A stretch of 64,000 bases of DNA from Macrostomum lignano (lineage: Eukaryota): contig NIVC01000505.1 in the NCBI GenBank assembly GCA_002269645.1, forward strand, positions 1 through 64,000, written 5' to 3'. Both the position numbers and the translations under genes were made by a program. Below, one piece after another: positions 51,205 to 64,000 of the stretch (positions within the stretch are counted from its first letter, which is position 1; every line of letters starts with the position of its first letter). The notes below the pieces were generated by a model. It did no database searches, was not told the DNA's origin, and worked only from the letters and a program-made list of their open reading frames with translations.

Positions 51205-52289
51205 GCGTCGTCATGCATTTTTTGGTGGGGGGGGGGGAACCAAGCCAAGAAAATTCTGCATGTACATTATTCTCAGATTCAGTGTTGTTAGCACTCATTT
51301 TGGCGCCGCAGACGACAGGCACTCATTTTGGCGCCGCAGACGACAGGCACTCATTTTGGCGCCGCAGACAGGCACTCATTTTGGCGCCTCAGGCAGGCAC
51401 TCATTTTGGCGCCGCGGGCAGGCACTCATTTTGGCGCCGCGGGCAGGCACTCATTTTGGCACCGCAGGCAGGCACTCATTTTGGCGCCGCAGGCAGGCAC
51501 TCATTTTGGCGCCGCAGGCAGGCACTCATTTTGGCGCCGCAGACAGGCACTCATTTTGGCGCCTCAGGCAGGCACTCATTTTGGCGCCGCGGGCAGGCAC
51601 TCATTTTGGCGCCTCAGGCAGGCACTCATTTTGGCGCCGCAGGCAGGCACTCATTTTGGCGCCGCAGGCAGGCACTCATTTTGGCGCCGCAGGCAGGCAC
51701 TCATTTTGGCGCCGCAGGCAGGCACTCATTTTGGCGCCGCAGGCAGGCACTCATTTTGGCGCCGCAGACAGGCACTCATTTTGGCGCCTCAGGCAGGCAC
51801 TCATTTTGGCGCCGCGGGCAGGCACTCATTTTGGCGCCGCGGGCAGGCACTCATTTTGGCACCGCAGGCAGGCACTCATTTTGGCGCCGCAGGCAGGCAC
51901 TCATTTTGGCGCCGCAGGCAGGCACTCATTTTGGCGCCGCAGGCAGGCACTCATTTTGGCGCCGCAGGCAGGCACTCATTTTGGCGCCGCAGACAGGCAC
52001 TCATTTTGGCGCCGCAGGCAGGCACTCATTTTGGCGCCGCAGGCAGGCACTCATTTTGGCGCCGCAGGCAGGCACTCATTTTGGCGCCGCAGGCAGGCAC
52101 TCATTTTGGCGCCGCAGGCAGGCACTCATTTTGGCGCTGCAGGCGCAATATTTTGGCGCCCTGAAGCAAAACTATTGATTTCCACAACGGGTCACAAATT
52201 TAGTGTGGGGGGGGGGACAAAGCTTTGTCAACAGAATCAACCAGCTGTTACTGAAGGGGGGACATGTCCCCCCCCCCAGTGGCGGTGCG
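51205..52289 (+). mobile_element. Non-autonomous element with internal 25-bp minisatellite (copy 2)
   Basis: Same ends as 3755-4604, inverted: gcgtcg...ggtggggg..gaac..aagccaaga and gccctgaa.caaaa.tattgatttccaca.cgggtcacaaatt...GGGGGACATGTCCCCC. Array unit GGCACTCATTTTGGCGCCGCAGGCA (~34 copies, ~51290-52150). Confidence 0.75.
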
Positions 52290-53984
52290 TCAGAGCTTTA
52301 TAATGCCTAATATTTAACCTTCCAATTCGTTTTCTTTAAACCCATCATCTTTCTTTTAATTCCCACGATTATTTAAATCAATAACTTTTATTTGAAGATG
52401 TGCCGACAAAGGTTTTTAGTTTAGACAGGGTCAGTTTCTCTCATAACAGAATGGCGCCACTGTCAAGTCTGTCTTTATATAAAATTAATCATTTTCAGTA
52501 GTAGATAGTAAAGTTTGACAACCATTTATAATGTCTACTGCGGCTGACTTGGCTGCTTCTGTGTTCTGTCATTTTATATGCAGTGTTTGCCTTACGTTTT
52601 TCTCTCTCTCTCTCACGGGGTCTGGATATGAATAGGCTTAGACTGAGATGAGCCTACTTGGTGGGAAAGAGAAAGTCAATTGTCATTTTACTTTCTGGCC
52701 TAGTAAGAAAAACCGAAACTTATAGCCCTCTGTGGCTATAGGCTATGCATCCTATACATCGAAGTGAAGAGAGAGAGAAAAAGACGTTAAAAACGACGCG
52801 AAGTAGAAAAAAGTAGGTTCCATTGATCCGTTCAACGAACTTCGTCGTACAGGCGTGTGTTTACTAGTAAGGTTTTCTCCATCTACTAGAGGCAGGCCCT
52901 GCTGCGGTCCAATGCCAAACACTGCTAGGGCTGTGGTTTGAAATCCCATGACCGCAGTAAACTTGCTTCCAAGAAGCGGTTCCTTCCTTGAAAATTGACT
53001 GAACAACCTCCCTGTACGCACGCATATAAGCTGACGGCGAGAATGTCACTGGTTGGATGGACGGTTTTTTACCTTTTCGACTTGACAGTCAGATTAGAAA
53101 ATGGGCCACGGTGGACTGGAAGCTAGAAATTGGGAAATTAACTTGTTTTTTATTAGAGGCAGGGGCATGTGTGCACCCTGGCACACTTTAAGCGACATTG
53201 TCGCATAACCGGCAAGAGGCATATTACTGCCCATTCTGCCGACTCCTCTGAGCAGGCACACAAGCGCGCGGATACGTACGCAGGCACACACTGGAAAGTA
53301 ATCAGTAAAGTCACTTCATTGAGCATAAGTGAAATTCCAAAAAAGAATCAATTTGCATTTAATCTTGATGCAACTTCCAAGAAGATTTCGCAATGTTCAG
53401 ACGCGAGCTTCCAATCCAACACGGTGCCATTTTTTAGAAGTCCCTGGTTCGGTTTCAATATTTCCTCGCATCAGCTGTCGAAACGGGTGACATATTGGAT
53501 GCTTTTAGGCTACCTTTGCATTGTACGTCGCAGATGCTGAAAGGTGTGAAAAGAAGTTTCTTTCATCAGTTAGAATTTTGTAATTTTAAAAGAGGCCGTT
53601 AAACCAGCTACCATTGCATCTACATGTATGTGTGCCTACGTACCTACCTACCTACGCAATACTTAGTTAGCCCTTGCATGTAATGGCTTAAAACTGCGGG
53701 GCACACAGGCGTAACCTACAGTGAAACACTCTCAAGTTCAAGTAAAAGCAAAAGTTTCCATATAAAGCTTTCCTTTCGTCTTTTCGATTTCTACATATAG
53801 CTGCTGACGGTATTTTTTCGATTTCGCCTCTCTGACTGTAACTACGCATTTTGTCGCTCAGTTGTGCGTGGTGTGTGGCATCGCTCCGAAAGCGAAGTTA
53901 ACCCTCGAACTCTCAGTTCAGTGGCTTTTTGGGGTAGTGTGCTGCTGTTGTGTGTGTACACTGATTGAATTTGTCAGTCACCCA

Positions 53985-54095
53985 CTCACTCAAGTCAGCC
54001 AGTCAGTCAGTCAGTCATTCAGTCAGTCAGTCAGTCAGTCACTCAAGTCAGCCAGTCAGTCAGTCAGTCAGTCAGTCAGTCAGTCACCCACTCAC

Positions 54096-54136
<41 letters not shown>

Positions 54137-54145
54137 CAATCAGTT
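53985..54145. repeat. (CAGT)n/(CAAT)n tetranucleotide microsatellite
   Basis: Directly visible. Confidence 0.92.
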
Positions 54146-55004
54146 CCTCAGTGATTAACACTCGGTCACTGTGTCACTCAGACGATAATTTTCTCAGTCA
54201 CTATACTGAATACATTAACAGAATAAAGTATGTAAAACCAGAAAACTAAAAGAGATTTTCTCCCTAAAAGCAGAAGTCTCGCAACATTTTCAGGCAATCG
54301 AGCGCTTGATTAAAGTTTGCTACATAAAGGTCGCGTTACTTGCTTAGTCAATTCGGTACAGTACAGAAAAAGGCCAGCATTGGGGGGGGGGGTTGAAACA
54401 GGAATCACAGGCAAGTCTCTCCCCTGCTGTAGGGCCATTAAAACTGCTGTACTGCCTGCTTATAGAGACTTGCAGCTCCAGTTTTTGGCCATCAGGTTTC
54501 CTGGCACAGGAATGGCTGGGAGGGCTCGATCTGAGAGGTGCAGTGAAATCTGCAGTGGTATTTTTTAATAGTATCAATTTTATTGCTTCTTCTACTGCTT
54601 GCCCGTGTGCTGTTAGCCATCTTTTAGTCTAGCAGAGTTTAAAATTTTTTATCTTTCCTATATCGCAGCATACAAGCATAAATAACTGTCAGTAATTAAA
54701 AGCAGGAAGTCTGCTTTAAAGTGTGATAAGAATTCTTCTAGTTAGTGGTTTCTTTTTATGGCTGGCCGGGTAAATGATAATACAATACTTCCTTTTAGTT
54801 GTTGGCTTAGTCACACCCTGACTGGCTTGACTGGCACATGACTTGCAACACCCTGAGAGCTGTCAAATGAATTGACAGTGTTCAATTTCTACACTTGAGC
54901 CGCCACGCAACCCCCTGACACCAGCATATACAAACTAGCCGTGTGTGAGCTTGTGCACAGTAATTCACAATAGCGCTTTTGTTCGACTGGGTTTTTAGAT
55001 AATC

Positions 55005-55595
55005 AATTTAACCAGCCCGCGAAGCCTCTCTCTATGCAGCCCTCGGCTTCTTTGAAACTTTACAATAGCAATCCACCCCGCTCAGGGTTAGTGTCTCTTC
55101 TCAGCTGTCTTCTCTCCTCTCTCCTCCCTATTCTCTCCTGTCTATTCTCTTCTCTTCTCTCCCCTCTTCTCTCCTCTCTCCTCCCTATTCTCTCCTGTCT
55201 ATTCTCTTCTCTTCTCTCTAGTCTCCTCTCTTCTCTATCACCCTTCTTCTCTCCTCTTTACTTTCTGACTCTCATTTCTCCTCTCTAATCTCTCTTCGCT
55301 TCTCTTCTCTTCTCTCCCCTCTTCTCTCCCCTCTCCTCCCTATTCTCTCCTGTCTATTCTCTTCTCTTCTCTCTAGTCTCCTCTCTTCTCTATCACCCTT
55401 CTTCTCTCCCTTTACTTTCTGACTCTCATCTCTCCTCTCTAATCTCTCTTCTCTTCTCTTCTCTTCTCTCCCCTCTTCTCTCGTCCTCTTTTCTCTCCTA
55501 TCTAATCTCCCCTCTTTTCTACTCTCCCCCTTCTTCTCTTCTCTATTCCCTGTCCTCTCATCTGGCCCTTGGAATAAAAAAGGAAAGCCGACCCT
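55005..55595 (-). mobile_element. hAT/Charlie-type MITE with CT/GA-rich core (copy E)
   Basis: ttctttgaaactttacaatagcaatcca...gtgtctcttctcagc and the end tctggcccttgg...aaagccgaccc are reverse complements of the 59410-59706 ends. Confidence 0.7.
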
Positions 55596-56177
55596 CGAAT
55601 GAAGGTATAAGAAATGCCATGAAGGAAAGACTTGGTCCACTGATTGGCAAATCTTGGCTGAAATAATATCATTCATTCTCTTCATAATTAGTTTTGATTG
55701 TGCTACATGCAGTATCAACATTATCTTCAACGGGATGACGTAATCAATAGGCCATATAAGAATGGCTTACTTGCAGTTAGTTTCTTTACTCAGCGTTCAA
55801 CGGAGTCTGTATCGGTATCTGCTTTCCGATTCTTTATTTTTAGATTTCGTTTTCTAGATAGAAGAATTTTGCAGCAATCAGCAAGCGTTCGACACTCAGC
55901 AACAATTTAAAAAGGGACCGCCCAGTCTCTCTCTCCGCTTCATCATTCTTTCCTACAATCCAATTTCGACCCAAGCGATATCTGCTGTATCTGTTCCTTT
56001 CTGCGGCTCGGCATCTTTGATTGCGTAATCAAACCAGTTTTTGTGCCTGTCTGCTTCTGCTAGGCCTGCCTCTTTATTGTAACCATATGACTGCCTGCTG
56101 ACGGCGTCTGTGCAACACCTACATGATGGGTGGCAGCTGTCTGCTTTTTCTTGTATCTGCCACTTCTAGCCTAGCCT

Positions 56178-57385
56178 TGTCCCTGTCTGAATCTGTCCTC
56201 TGCCTAGCTGTTGTGTCTCAGTGTCTGTCTGAATCTGTCCTCTGCCCTAGCTGTTGTGTCTCAGTGTCTGTCTGAATCTGTCCTCTGCCCTAGCTGTTGT
56301 GTCTCAGTGTCTGTCTGAATCTGTCCTCTGCCCTAGCTGTTGTGTCTCAGTGTCTGTCTGAATCTGTCCTCTGTCTAGCTGTTGTGTCTCAGTGTCTGTC
56401 TGAATCTGTCCTCTGCCGAGCTGTTGTGTCTCAGTGTCTGCCTGAATCTGTCCTCTGTCTAGCTGTTGTGTCTCAGTGTCTGCCTGAATCTGTCCTCTGT
56501 CTAGCTGTTGTGTCTCAGTGTCTGCCTGAATCTGTCCTCTGTCTAGCTGTTGTGTCTCAGTGTCTGCCTGAATCTGTCCTCTGTCTAGCTGTTGTGTCTC
56601 AGTGTCTGCCTGAATCTGTCCTCTGCCCTAGCCGTTGTGTCTCAGTGTCTGCCTGAATCTGTCCTCTGTCTAGCTGTTGTGTCTCAGTGTCTGCCTGAAT
56701 CTGTCCTCTGTCTAGCTGTTGTGTCTCAGTGTCTGTCTGAATCTGTCCTCTGCCGAGCTGTTGTGTCTCAGTGTCTGCCTGAATCTGTCCTCTGCCGAGC
56801 TGTTGTGTCTCAGTGTCTGTCTGAATCTGTCCTCTGCTTAGCTGTTGTGTCTCAGTGTCTGTCTGAATCTGTCCTCTGCTTAGCTGTTGTGTCTCAGTGT
56901 CTGCCTGAATCTGTCCTCTGCCCTAGCCGTTGTGTCTCAGTGTCTGTCTGAATCTGTCCTCTGCCTAGCTGTTGTGTCTCAGTGTCTGCCTGAATCTGTC
57001 CTCTGTCTAGCTGTTGTGTCTCAGTGTCTGTCTGAATCTGTCCTCTGCCTAGCTGTTGTGTCTCAGTGTCTGCCTGAATCTGTCCTCTGTCTAGCTGTTG
57101 TGTCTCAGTGTCTGCCTGAATCTGTCCTCTGCCGAGCTGTTGTGTCTCAGTGTCTGTCTGAATCTGTCCTCTGCCTAGCTGTTGTGTCTCAGTGTCTGTC
57201 TGAATCTGTCCTCTGCCTAGCTGTTGTATCTCAGTGTCTGTCTGAATCTGTCCTCTGCTTAGCTGTTGTGTCTCAGTGTCTGTCTGAATCTGTCCTCTGC
57301 CTAGCTGTTGTATTTCAGTGTCTGTCTGAATCTGTCCTCTGCCGAGCTGTTGTGTCTCAGTGTCTGCCTGAATCTGTCCTCTGCC
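56178..57385. repeat. 42-bp tandem minisatellite (CTAGCTGTTGTGTCTCAGTGTCTGYCTGAATCTGTCCTCTGY), ~28 copies
   Basis: Directly visible. Gives repetitive ORFs LAVVSQCLSESVLC. Confidence 0.97.
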
Positions 57386-58029
57386 TTCACACGCTAGATA
57401 TGACAATCTTACTACATTTTGACATAAATTATAATTTCTCTAAAAAGTTGGCATTGATTGGTGTTTTAATTTTTCATTCCAATCAACTATCCTCTTTAAT
57501 CATTTGGATCGCCTGTCTTTATCATTTTTTCGTGCTACTAATTAGCGTCAAAGTTTTCACGCTGGGCCCTAAGACCTAAGGCAGAGATTGGGTGGTAGGC
57601 AGGGCCTGCTTGACCTAGTCATCATGGCCATGCAGTGAAGGGTAGCTGGGGTATCCCTCCCTACATAGGCTTGTTTTAACAAGGTGATAAAAATTTGGTT
57701 GCGCAGTTCAGGTGCTTCATGATGACCCTCTATCTCTGTCCGTCTGTCTGTCTGTCTGCAGTGGTGTCGCCGGGTTTTAAGGAGGCTGGTGAGGCTGGCT
57801 AAGACGGTTTTTGGTTACTGGGCCTGCGCAAGGGTTTGAACTGACTGAATTCATACTTGGCTTGTTTGCGCGACGCGTAGATGGTCCATCTTTCTTCACA
57901 CCGCCTAGTTGCTTAGACTAGGCTAACGCTTGAATGCATAAATAATGTGTGTGTGTCAGACTGGTTGCTTGGGCGCTATTATTCTATATGCAAGACTGGT
58001 TCGTTGCCTCTGCTTGCAGTTGTCAAGAG

Positions 58030-58054
58030 CTGTCTGTCCGTCCGTTTGTCTATG

Positions 58055-58105
<51 letters not shown>

Positions 58106-58110
58106 GTGTG

Positions 58111-58145
<35 letters not shown>

Positions 58146-58158
58146 GTGTGTGTGTGTG

Positions 58159-58193
<35 letters not shown>

Positions 58194-58198
58194 GTGTG

Positions 58199-58280
<82 letters not shown>
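58030..58280. repeat. (TGTC)n/(TG)n microsatellite
   Basis: Directly visible. Confidence 0.95.
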
Positions 58281-58281
<1 letters not shown>

Positions 58282-59071
58282 ATGTATGTATCTATCTATG
58301 TATAGAAATATAATTAACTGCATTTCGTCCTATATTTTTATTATATGTTCTACTCTCTAAATTAACAACTTTATATTTTTCTTTGCGTTGCGTTGCTCGC
58401 CAAAGTTTTTATTTCTGTAATAGAACTTTATATTACAGTTTTACAATATTATACAGGGTGTACCAGTGTACTGATTTAGAGGAATGTTGCAAATGTATAT
58501 ATATGGCGTTTGTGTGTGTGTGTGTGCGCACGTGCAGTATAATGTGTCTCTTGGGGAAAAATTCCCAGTAAATCCCTGGATGGTGATTCTTTTTTTCTGT
58601 TTTTACTATTAGTCAGGCAGGAAGCTGTCTGCTGGTGGGGTATCGCGGACCGGCCAAGGGCTTGGCTGTAAAAAATTGGGAGAAAAAACCGGGAATTCTC
58701 CGTGGTTATAACCAAGTTTCATCTATATTGCCATAATTTCTAGAGGCCTGCAGCAGCAGGATGTGGGATCGCTTGGGGACCAGAGATTCCCAGCAGCACC
58801 CGCCATCTGTCTGCGACTTCTTCTCCTGTCCAGGCTGTGTTATTCCTTTCGCCTCGTGCTTTCCTCTTCATCTCTACCCTCTCGTCCTCGAAGCACCATT
58901 CGGGCCTCTGTGTTTCCTCCTTCTTCCTTCTTTCTGATTACTGCGGCAGATGCCACCTTACCTATGCCTTATAGATATAACTCTTTGCTTGGTTGGTCAG
59001 ATCAGATCGATAATTGGGCTAGATTTTGGGCTCGTTGATGTTGAAGAGATTTCTGGTCACGATTCTGCTTA

Positions 59072-59360
59072 TTAGTAGAATCCCTAAATTTTTGAAATAT
59101 AGTAGAATCCCTAAATTTTTGAAACATAGTAGAATCCCTAAATTTTTGAAATATAGTAGAATCCCTAAATTTTTGAAATATAGTAGAATCCCTAAATTTT
59201 TGAAATATAGTAGAATCCCTAAATTTTTGAAATATAGTAGAATCCCTAAATTTTTGAAATATAGTAGAATCCCTAAATTTTTGAAATATAGTAGAATCCC
59301 TAAATTTTTGAAATATAGTAGAATCCCTAAATTTTTGAAATATAGTAGAATCCCTAAATT
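59072..59360. repeat. 27-bp near-perfect tandem repeat (TAGTAGAATCCCTAAATTTTTGAAATA), ~10.5 copies
   Basis: Directly visible. Nearly identical units suggest a recent expansion. Confidence 0.97.
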
Positions 59361-59409
59361 TAAAACTTTGTGGTTTCCTGTAACTCTGTATAGGGCATTT
59401 GCAAAGTTC

Positions 59410-59706
59410 AGAAGGTCGGCTAACTTTTTACCGCAAGGGCCAGATTGAAGAGGAAATCAGAGAAGGGATGAGAGATAAAAGAAGAGAGTGAAAGAGGGGA
59501 GGGTAGAGGGGAGAGAAGAGAGGAGAGGGGAGAGTGGGAAAGATGAGAGAGCAGAGGGGAGAGAGGAGGGTAGGCGAGAGAAGAGAGAAGACAGAAGAGA
59601 GCTGAGAAGAGACACAAGCCTTAAGCGGGCTGGATTGCTATTGTGAAATTTCAAAGAACCCGAGTGCCAGATAGAGGCTTTGCTGGCCAGAGTTTGCCGT
59701 CACCTG
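59410..59706 (+). mobile_element. hAT/Charlie-type MITE with GA-rich core (copy B)
   Basis: Left end cagaaggtcggctaacttttt...aagggccaga resembles the Charlie-type CAGGGGTCGGCAAACTTTTT...AAGGGCCAGA end. Right end gagtttgccgtcacctg. Confidence 0.7.
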
Positions 59707-60779
59707 CTCTAGCTAATTTAAAGTCTTGTGACGTTTCGGGATTCTTAGATACACACTAAAACACATCAGGTCACACTAATACCGCAAAATCGCATCAGTA
59801 CCTTACAGTGTAGTAATATACTTATTTGAAGTTTTTTAGATCTAGTTACCCGACGCAATAATTCTATAGAGATGTTGGCTGAGATTGCTTTAGATAAGTA
59901 TAGTCGGGTGTTTTCTATTCCATGTATCAATACCTAATTCCCATTAAAACTTTTTCTTCCTTTCCAAGGCCATTTGTTACAGTGTACGGTATAGAAGCAT
60001 GCGACATAATTTATTAGCATTGGAACAACTAAAAATTATGACTAAACGAGAGACTGGCATCGCTCTTTGTCACGTGATGCAGGGGTTTCATCGTGACCCG
60101 ACCAGCTGTTCCAGGGTTCTCTCCGAATAGCGGCTCGCTTTTTGAGTTCGAGTTTGAGTAATCGACTTAAGAGGTGGGAGAAAGAGACTCCCCTCGGGGG
60201 TTTTTAGGCTTGAAATATCCCCCATGTTAATGGGAAGATGGGTTAGGAAGGAATGAAGGAGTCTTTGTTCCTTAAAAGATTCTCTGCTAGTTGGACAAAG
60301 AGCATGAAAAATGAGCTTGAGTTTCTTTAGATCTTGCTGCAATTGAGATTATCCATCAATTTTTCAGTTTTGACTTTTTCGCTTGGGTCTCTGGGTTGGA
60401 ATTTTTAGTGACTGATTGGAGCCAAATGAAGTCTTGTCATTCACATCCCCCTTTTTCAGGATTCGTGTTAATTAATTATTTATTTAAAATCTGATTTTTC
60501 TGGGAGGGTCACGTTCGCGCGCGTGGGGCAATGGGGTGTCAAACGTTTCTTTTTTTGGGGGGGGGGCTTCTAACGAAGACTATAATCATGTTTTATCTAG
60601 GAAGTGATTAAGCTTTGTTTGCTCTTTGTTCTGTGTCTAATTTTGTGCATGGTATGGAGGTACTGATTTTTCCACAGGGTGCTGACCTGCTAGTCAGGTT
60701 GTCAATATCCAATGTACGAAATAATTTAATATTGTATTAATAAATTTCTGCGTGTTTCTTGCGTGTGTGTAAAGATTAA

Positions 60780-61762
60780 GATGAGAGGAGAGATGGGATG
60801 AGATGAGATGAGATGAGAGGAGAGGACAAGAGAGAAGAGAGAGGAGAGGAGAGAAGGGAGAGGAGAGAACGGAAACAAGAGGATAGGATATGAGAGAAGG
60901 GAGAGAAGAGAAGAGAAGGAAGAGGATAGGATAGGAGAGAAGGGAGAGGAGAGAAGAGAAGGAAGAGGATAGGATAGGAGAGAAGGGAGAGGAGAGAAGA
61001 GAAGGAAGAGGATAGGATAGGAGAGAAGGGAGAGGAGAGAACGGAAACAAGAGGATAGGATATGAGAGAAGGGAGAGAAGAGAAGAGAAGGAAGAGGATA
61101 GGATAGGAGAGAAGGGATAGGAGAGAAGAGAAGGAAGAGGATAGGATAGGAGAGAAGGGAGAGGAGAGAACGGAAACAAGAGGATAGGATATGAGAGAAG
61201 GGAGAGAAGAGAAGAGAAGGAAGAGGATAGGATATGAGAGAAGGGAGAGAAGAGAAGAGAAGGAAGAGGATAGGATATGAGAGAAGGGAGAGGAGAGAAG
61301 AGAAGGAAGAGGATAGGATAGGAGAGAAGGGAGAGGAGAGAAGAGAAGGAAGAGGATAGGAGAGAAGGGAGAGGAGAGAAGAGAAGGAAGAGGATAGGAT
61401 AGGAGAGAAGGGAGAGAAGAGAAGAGAAGGAAGAGGATAGGATAGGAGAGAAGGGAGAGGAGAGAAGAGAAGGAAGAGGATAGGATATGAGAGAAGGGAG
61501 AGAAGAGAAGAGAAGAAAGAGGATAGGATAGGAGAGAAGGGAGAGGAGAGAACAGAAGGAAGAGGATAGGATAGGAGAGAAGGGAGAGGAGAGAAGAGAA
61601 AAGAAGAATCGAGAAGAAAGGAGATTAGAGAAGATAGCTAAAAAGACACAAACCTTAAGCGGGTCGGATTGCTATTGTAAACCTTCAAAGGAACCTGGGG
61701 GCCAGATAGGGAGGCTTCTCAGGACGCATGTGGCCTGCGGGCCGGAGTTTGGCGTCCCCTGG
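60780..61762 (+). mobile_element. Greatly expanded GA-rich core plus right end of the same hAT/Charlie-type MITE (copy C)
   Basis: Complex GAGGATAGGATAGGAGAGAAGGGAGAGGAGAGAAGAGAAGGAA repeat, followed by the family block and ggacgcatgtggcctgcgggccggagtttggcgtcccctg. Left end not located. Confidence 0.65.
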
Positions 61763-62705
61763 TGTAGATGTACAAGTATGCTTTGTGTAATGTTGAGTTA
61801 TCTCTAGCCTACTCTAACTTAGTCCACCCAATGCTATTTTGCCTATATTGTGCTCAAGCTAAAAGGCGAGAAAGATGACTAAAGTTAGGCGAGATGAGAG
61901 GAAAGAGATGTCGGAAGCGCATTTTCTCTCTGTGAAGCTTCATCAACTGATGGATTATTGATTTATTGACAGTTCATTTCCACTCCTCTTCTCTCTGCCC
62001 CGTCTTATAGTGTGAGTATGCATATAAATCTATAGTAGCAAATATATATGCATACTGTATTATTAATTCATCATCATAAAAACTCCTCTATAGTATATAG
62101 TACGCCTGCGACTTTAAAAAAACACCCTTTATCTATCTTGACTCTCTTAGTAATTAAGTAAGCCCTGCATGAGTTCTCATCCACTGTGTCCTCAGCGTCA
62201 CCCCTCATCATAAAGCCTGGCACATCGCGTTTCCTGTCGTCTATATAGTGCTGCTAGTGACTGCTAATAGTTTGGATTGCAACTGACTGGGTTAATAGAG
62301 CAAGGCATTGAGTAGAGAGCTGTGATTGCACTGTGTCATTGCTGCACAGATTTCTGGTGTTGACCTCGGCTGAACGAATGACTCAACGATATCCAAACCA
62401 ACAGGGCTTTGTCTGATACCAGTAATTTTGCGATTTGTCAGAGATTTAATTGTTGTTCTGATGCTTACTTTTTTAATTCTCTTTGTTTGTCTCCCTAATC
62501 ACTGGGGAAATGGGCGTCTGATTGTCTCTGTCTGTTAGGCTTTTAGTGAAATATATAACCATTCATGCATGCAACAAACAAAGCATTTGAATTTTTTAAA
62601 TCAATCTCACTTTTTTAAAAAGCAGCTCGCTTTTTTATGTGCTTTCTCTTAGACACTGGGGTTCTATTGATATCTGTCTATTTTGTCTACTAAGTCAATC
62701 TACTG

Positions 62706-62930
62706 CAGGGGTCCTCCGGCCCGCTTACGGTTAGGGTCTTCTCTCTAATCTCCTGTCCTCTCTCATCTCCCCTCCCCCTTCTCTTCTCTCTTTGCTCCTC
62801 TCCCCTCCAGCCTCTCTCCCTTCCTCTCTCCTCTCCTCTCTCATCTTGCCTATCTCCTCTTCTTTCTTCCCTCCTCTCTCGTCTCTTTTCTCCCCTTTTC
62901 TCTCTATCGCTCTGGCCAACTGTTTTTCGA
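62706..62930 (-). mobile_element. Truncated hAT/Charlie-type MITE with CT-rich core (copy D)
   Basis: Starts caggggtcctccggcccgc, then a CT-rich core and ctctggcc. Confidence 0.5.
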
Positions 62931-62984
62931 CAGCTTCTATATTTAGCCCTTTAGTTAATTTTTCCCGATCCCCCCCCTAATCTA

Positions 62985-63895
62985 CTGTCTACTTCTCCTG
63001 TCTACTAAGTCAATAATCTACTGTCCACCTCTCCTGTCTACTAAGACAATAATCTACTGTCTGCTCTCCTGTCTACTAGTCAATAATCTACTGTCCACCT
63101 CTCCTGTCTACTAAGTCAATAATCTACTGTCTACCTCTCCTGTCTACTAAGTCAATAATCTACTGTCCACCTCTCCTGTCTACTAAGACAATAATCTACT
63201 GTCTGCCTCTCCTTTCTACTAAGTCAGTAATCTACTGTCTACCTCTCCTGTCTACTAAGTCAATTATCTTCTGTCTGCTCTCCTGTCTACTAGTCAATAA
63301 TCTACTGTCTGCCTCTCCTGTCTACTAAGTCAATAATCTACTGTCTACCTCTCCTGTCTACTAAGTCAATAATCTACTGTCTACCTCTCCTTTCTTACGC
63401 CAATAATCTACTGTCTGCCTCTACTGTCTAGTATGCCAATAATCTACTGTCTGCCTTTCCTGTCTACTAAGTCAATAATCTACTGTCTACCTCTCCTTTC
63501 TTACGCCAATAATCTACTGTCTGCCTCTACTGTCTAGTATGCCAATAATCTACTGTCTACCTCTCCTGTCTACTAAGTCAATAATCTACTGTCTACCTCT
63601 CCTGTCTACTAAGTCAATAATCTACTGTCTACCTCTCCTGTCTACTAAGTCAATAATCTACTGTCTGCCTCTCCTTTCTTATGCCAATAATCTGCTGTCT
63701 GCCTCTACTGTCTACTATGCCAATAATCTACTGTCTACCTCTCCGACTCTCCTGTCTACTAAGTACATCTAGTGTCTACCTCTCCTGTCTACTAAGTACA
63801 TCTAGTGTCTACCTCTCCTGTCTACTAAGTACATCTAGTGTCTACCTCTCCTGTCTACTAAGTCAATCCACTGTCTACCTCTCCTATCTACTAAG
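62985..63895. repeat. ~36-bp tandem minisatellite (CTACTAAGTCAATAATCTACTGTCTACCTCTCCTGT), ~25 copies
   Basis: Directly visible, with variant units toward the 3' end. Confidence 0.95.
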
Positions 63896-64000
63896 TCTGC
63901 CCTAGTTCAATCTTCAGTGTAACCTTATAATTTATTTCTATACTTCCTCTTCAGTCGGGCGGGCACCTTACAAAATAGTTCCTTTTGCACTCATTTTCCT

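Noticed and set aside
56297-57579. Repetitive ORFs LAVVSQCLSESVLC / GRGQIQTDTETQQL
   Set aside because: Products of a 42-bp minisatellite. Single-base indels shift frames, and there is no splice or domain context.
59026-59448. 140-aa ORF with YSRIPKFLK repeats
   Set aside because: 27-bp tandem repeat with no supporting coding features.

Overview
Eukaryotic animal genomic DNA with spliceosomal GT-AG introns; a free-living flatworm such as Macrostomum is a guess from composition and gene style. There are no operons, rRNA, tRNA or CRISPR arrays that I can support. 1-33 kb is gene-bearing. It holds three exons of a minus-strand Dishevelled (PDZ+DEP, one apparent frameshift, no DIX exon found) and a secreted PAN/Apple plus ALK/LTK-type glycine-rich protein. 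It also holds a compact cluster of innate-immunity-type genes: a cGAS/Mab-21-like pseudogene, an ankyrin + Q/E-repeat + STE-type kinase, and an AIG1/GIMAP GTPase-like ORF. The main find is a 3-exon, 1319-aa protein that the ORF track splits into three pieces. It joins about 15 helical 33-aa repeats and 3-4 ankyrin repeats to a cGAS-like nucleotidyltransferase with an apparently intact GS...DxD...D catalytic signature. 33-64 kb has no recognisable host gene: a frameshifted Tc1/mariner, a decayed RTE-like LINE, hAT- and Sola-like non-autonomous elements with target-site duplications, two MITE families built around internal repeats, many mini/microsatellites and a strongly CpG-depleted block. Domain calls come from motif recognition by eye, and counts are manual estimates.
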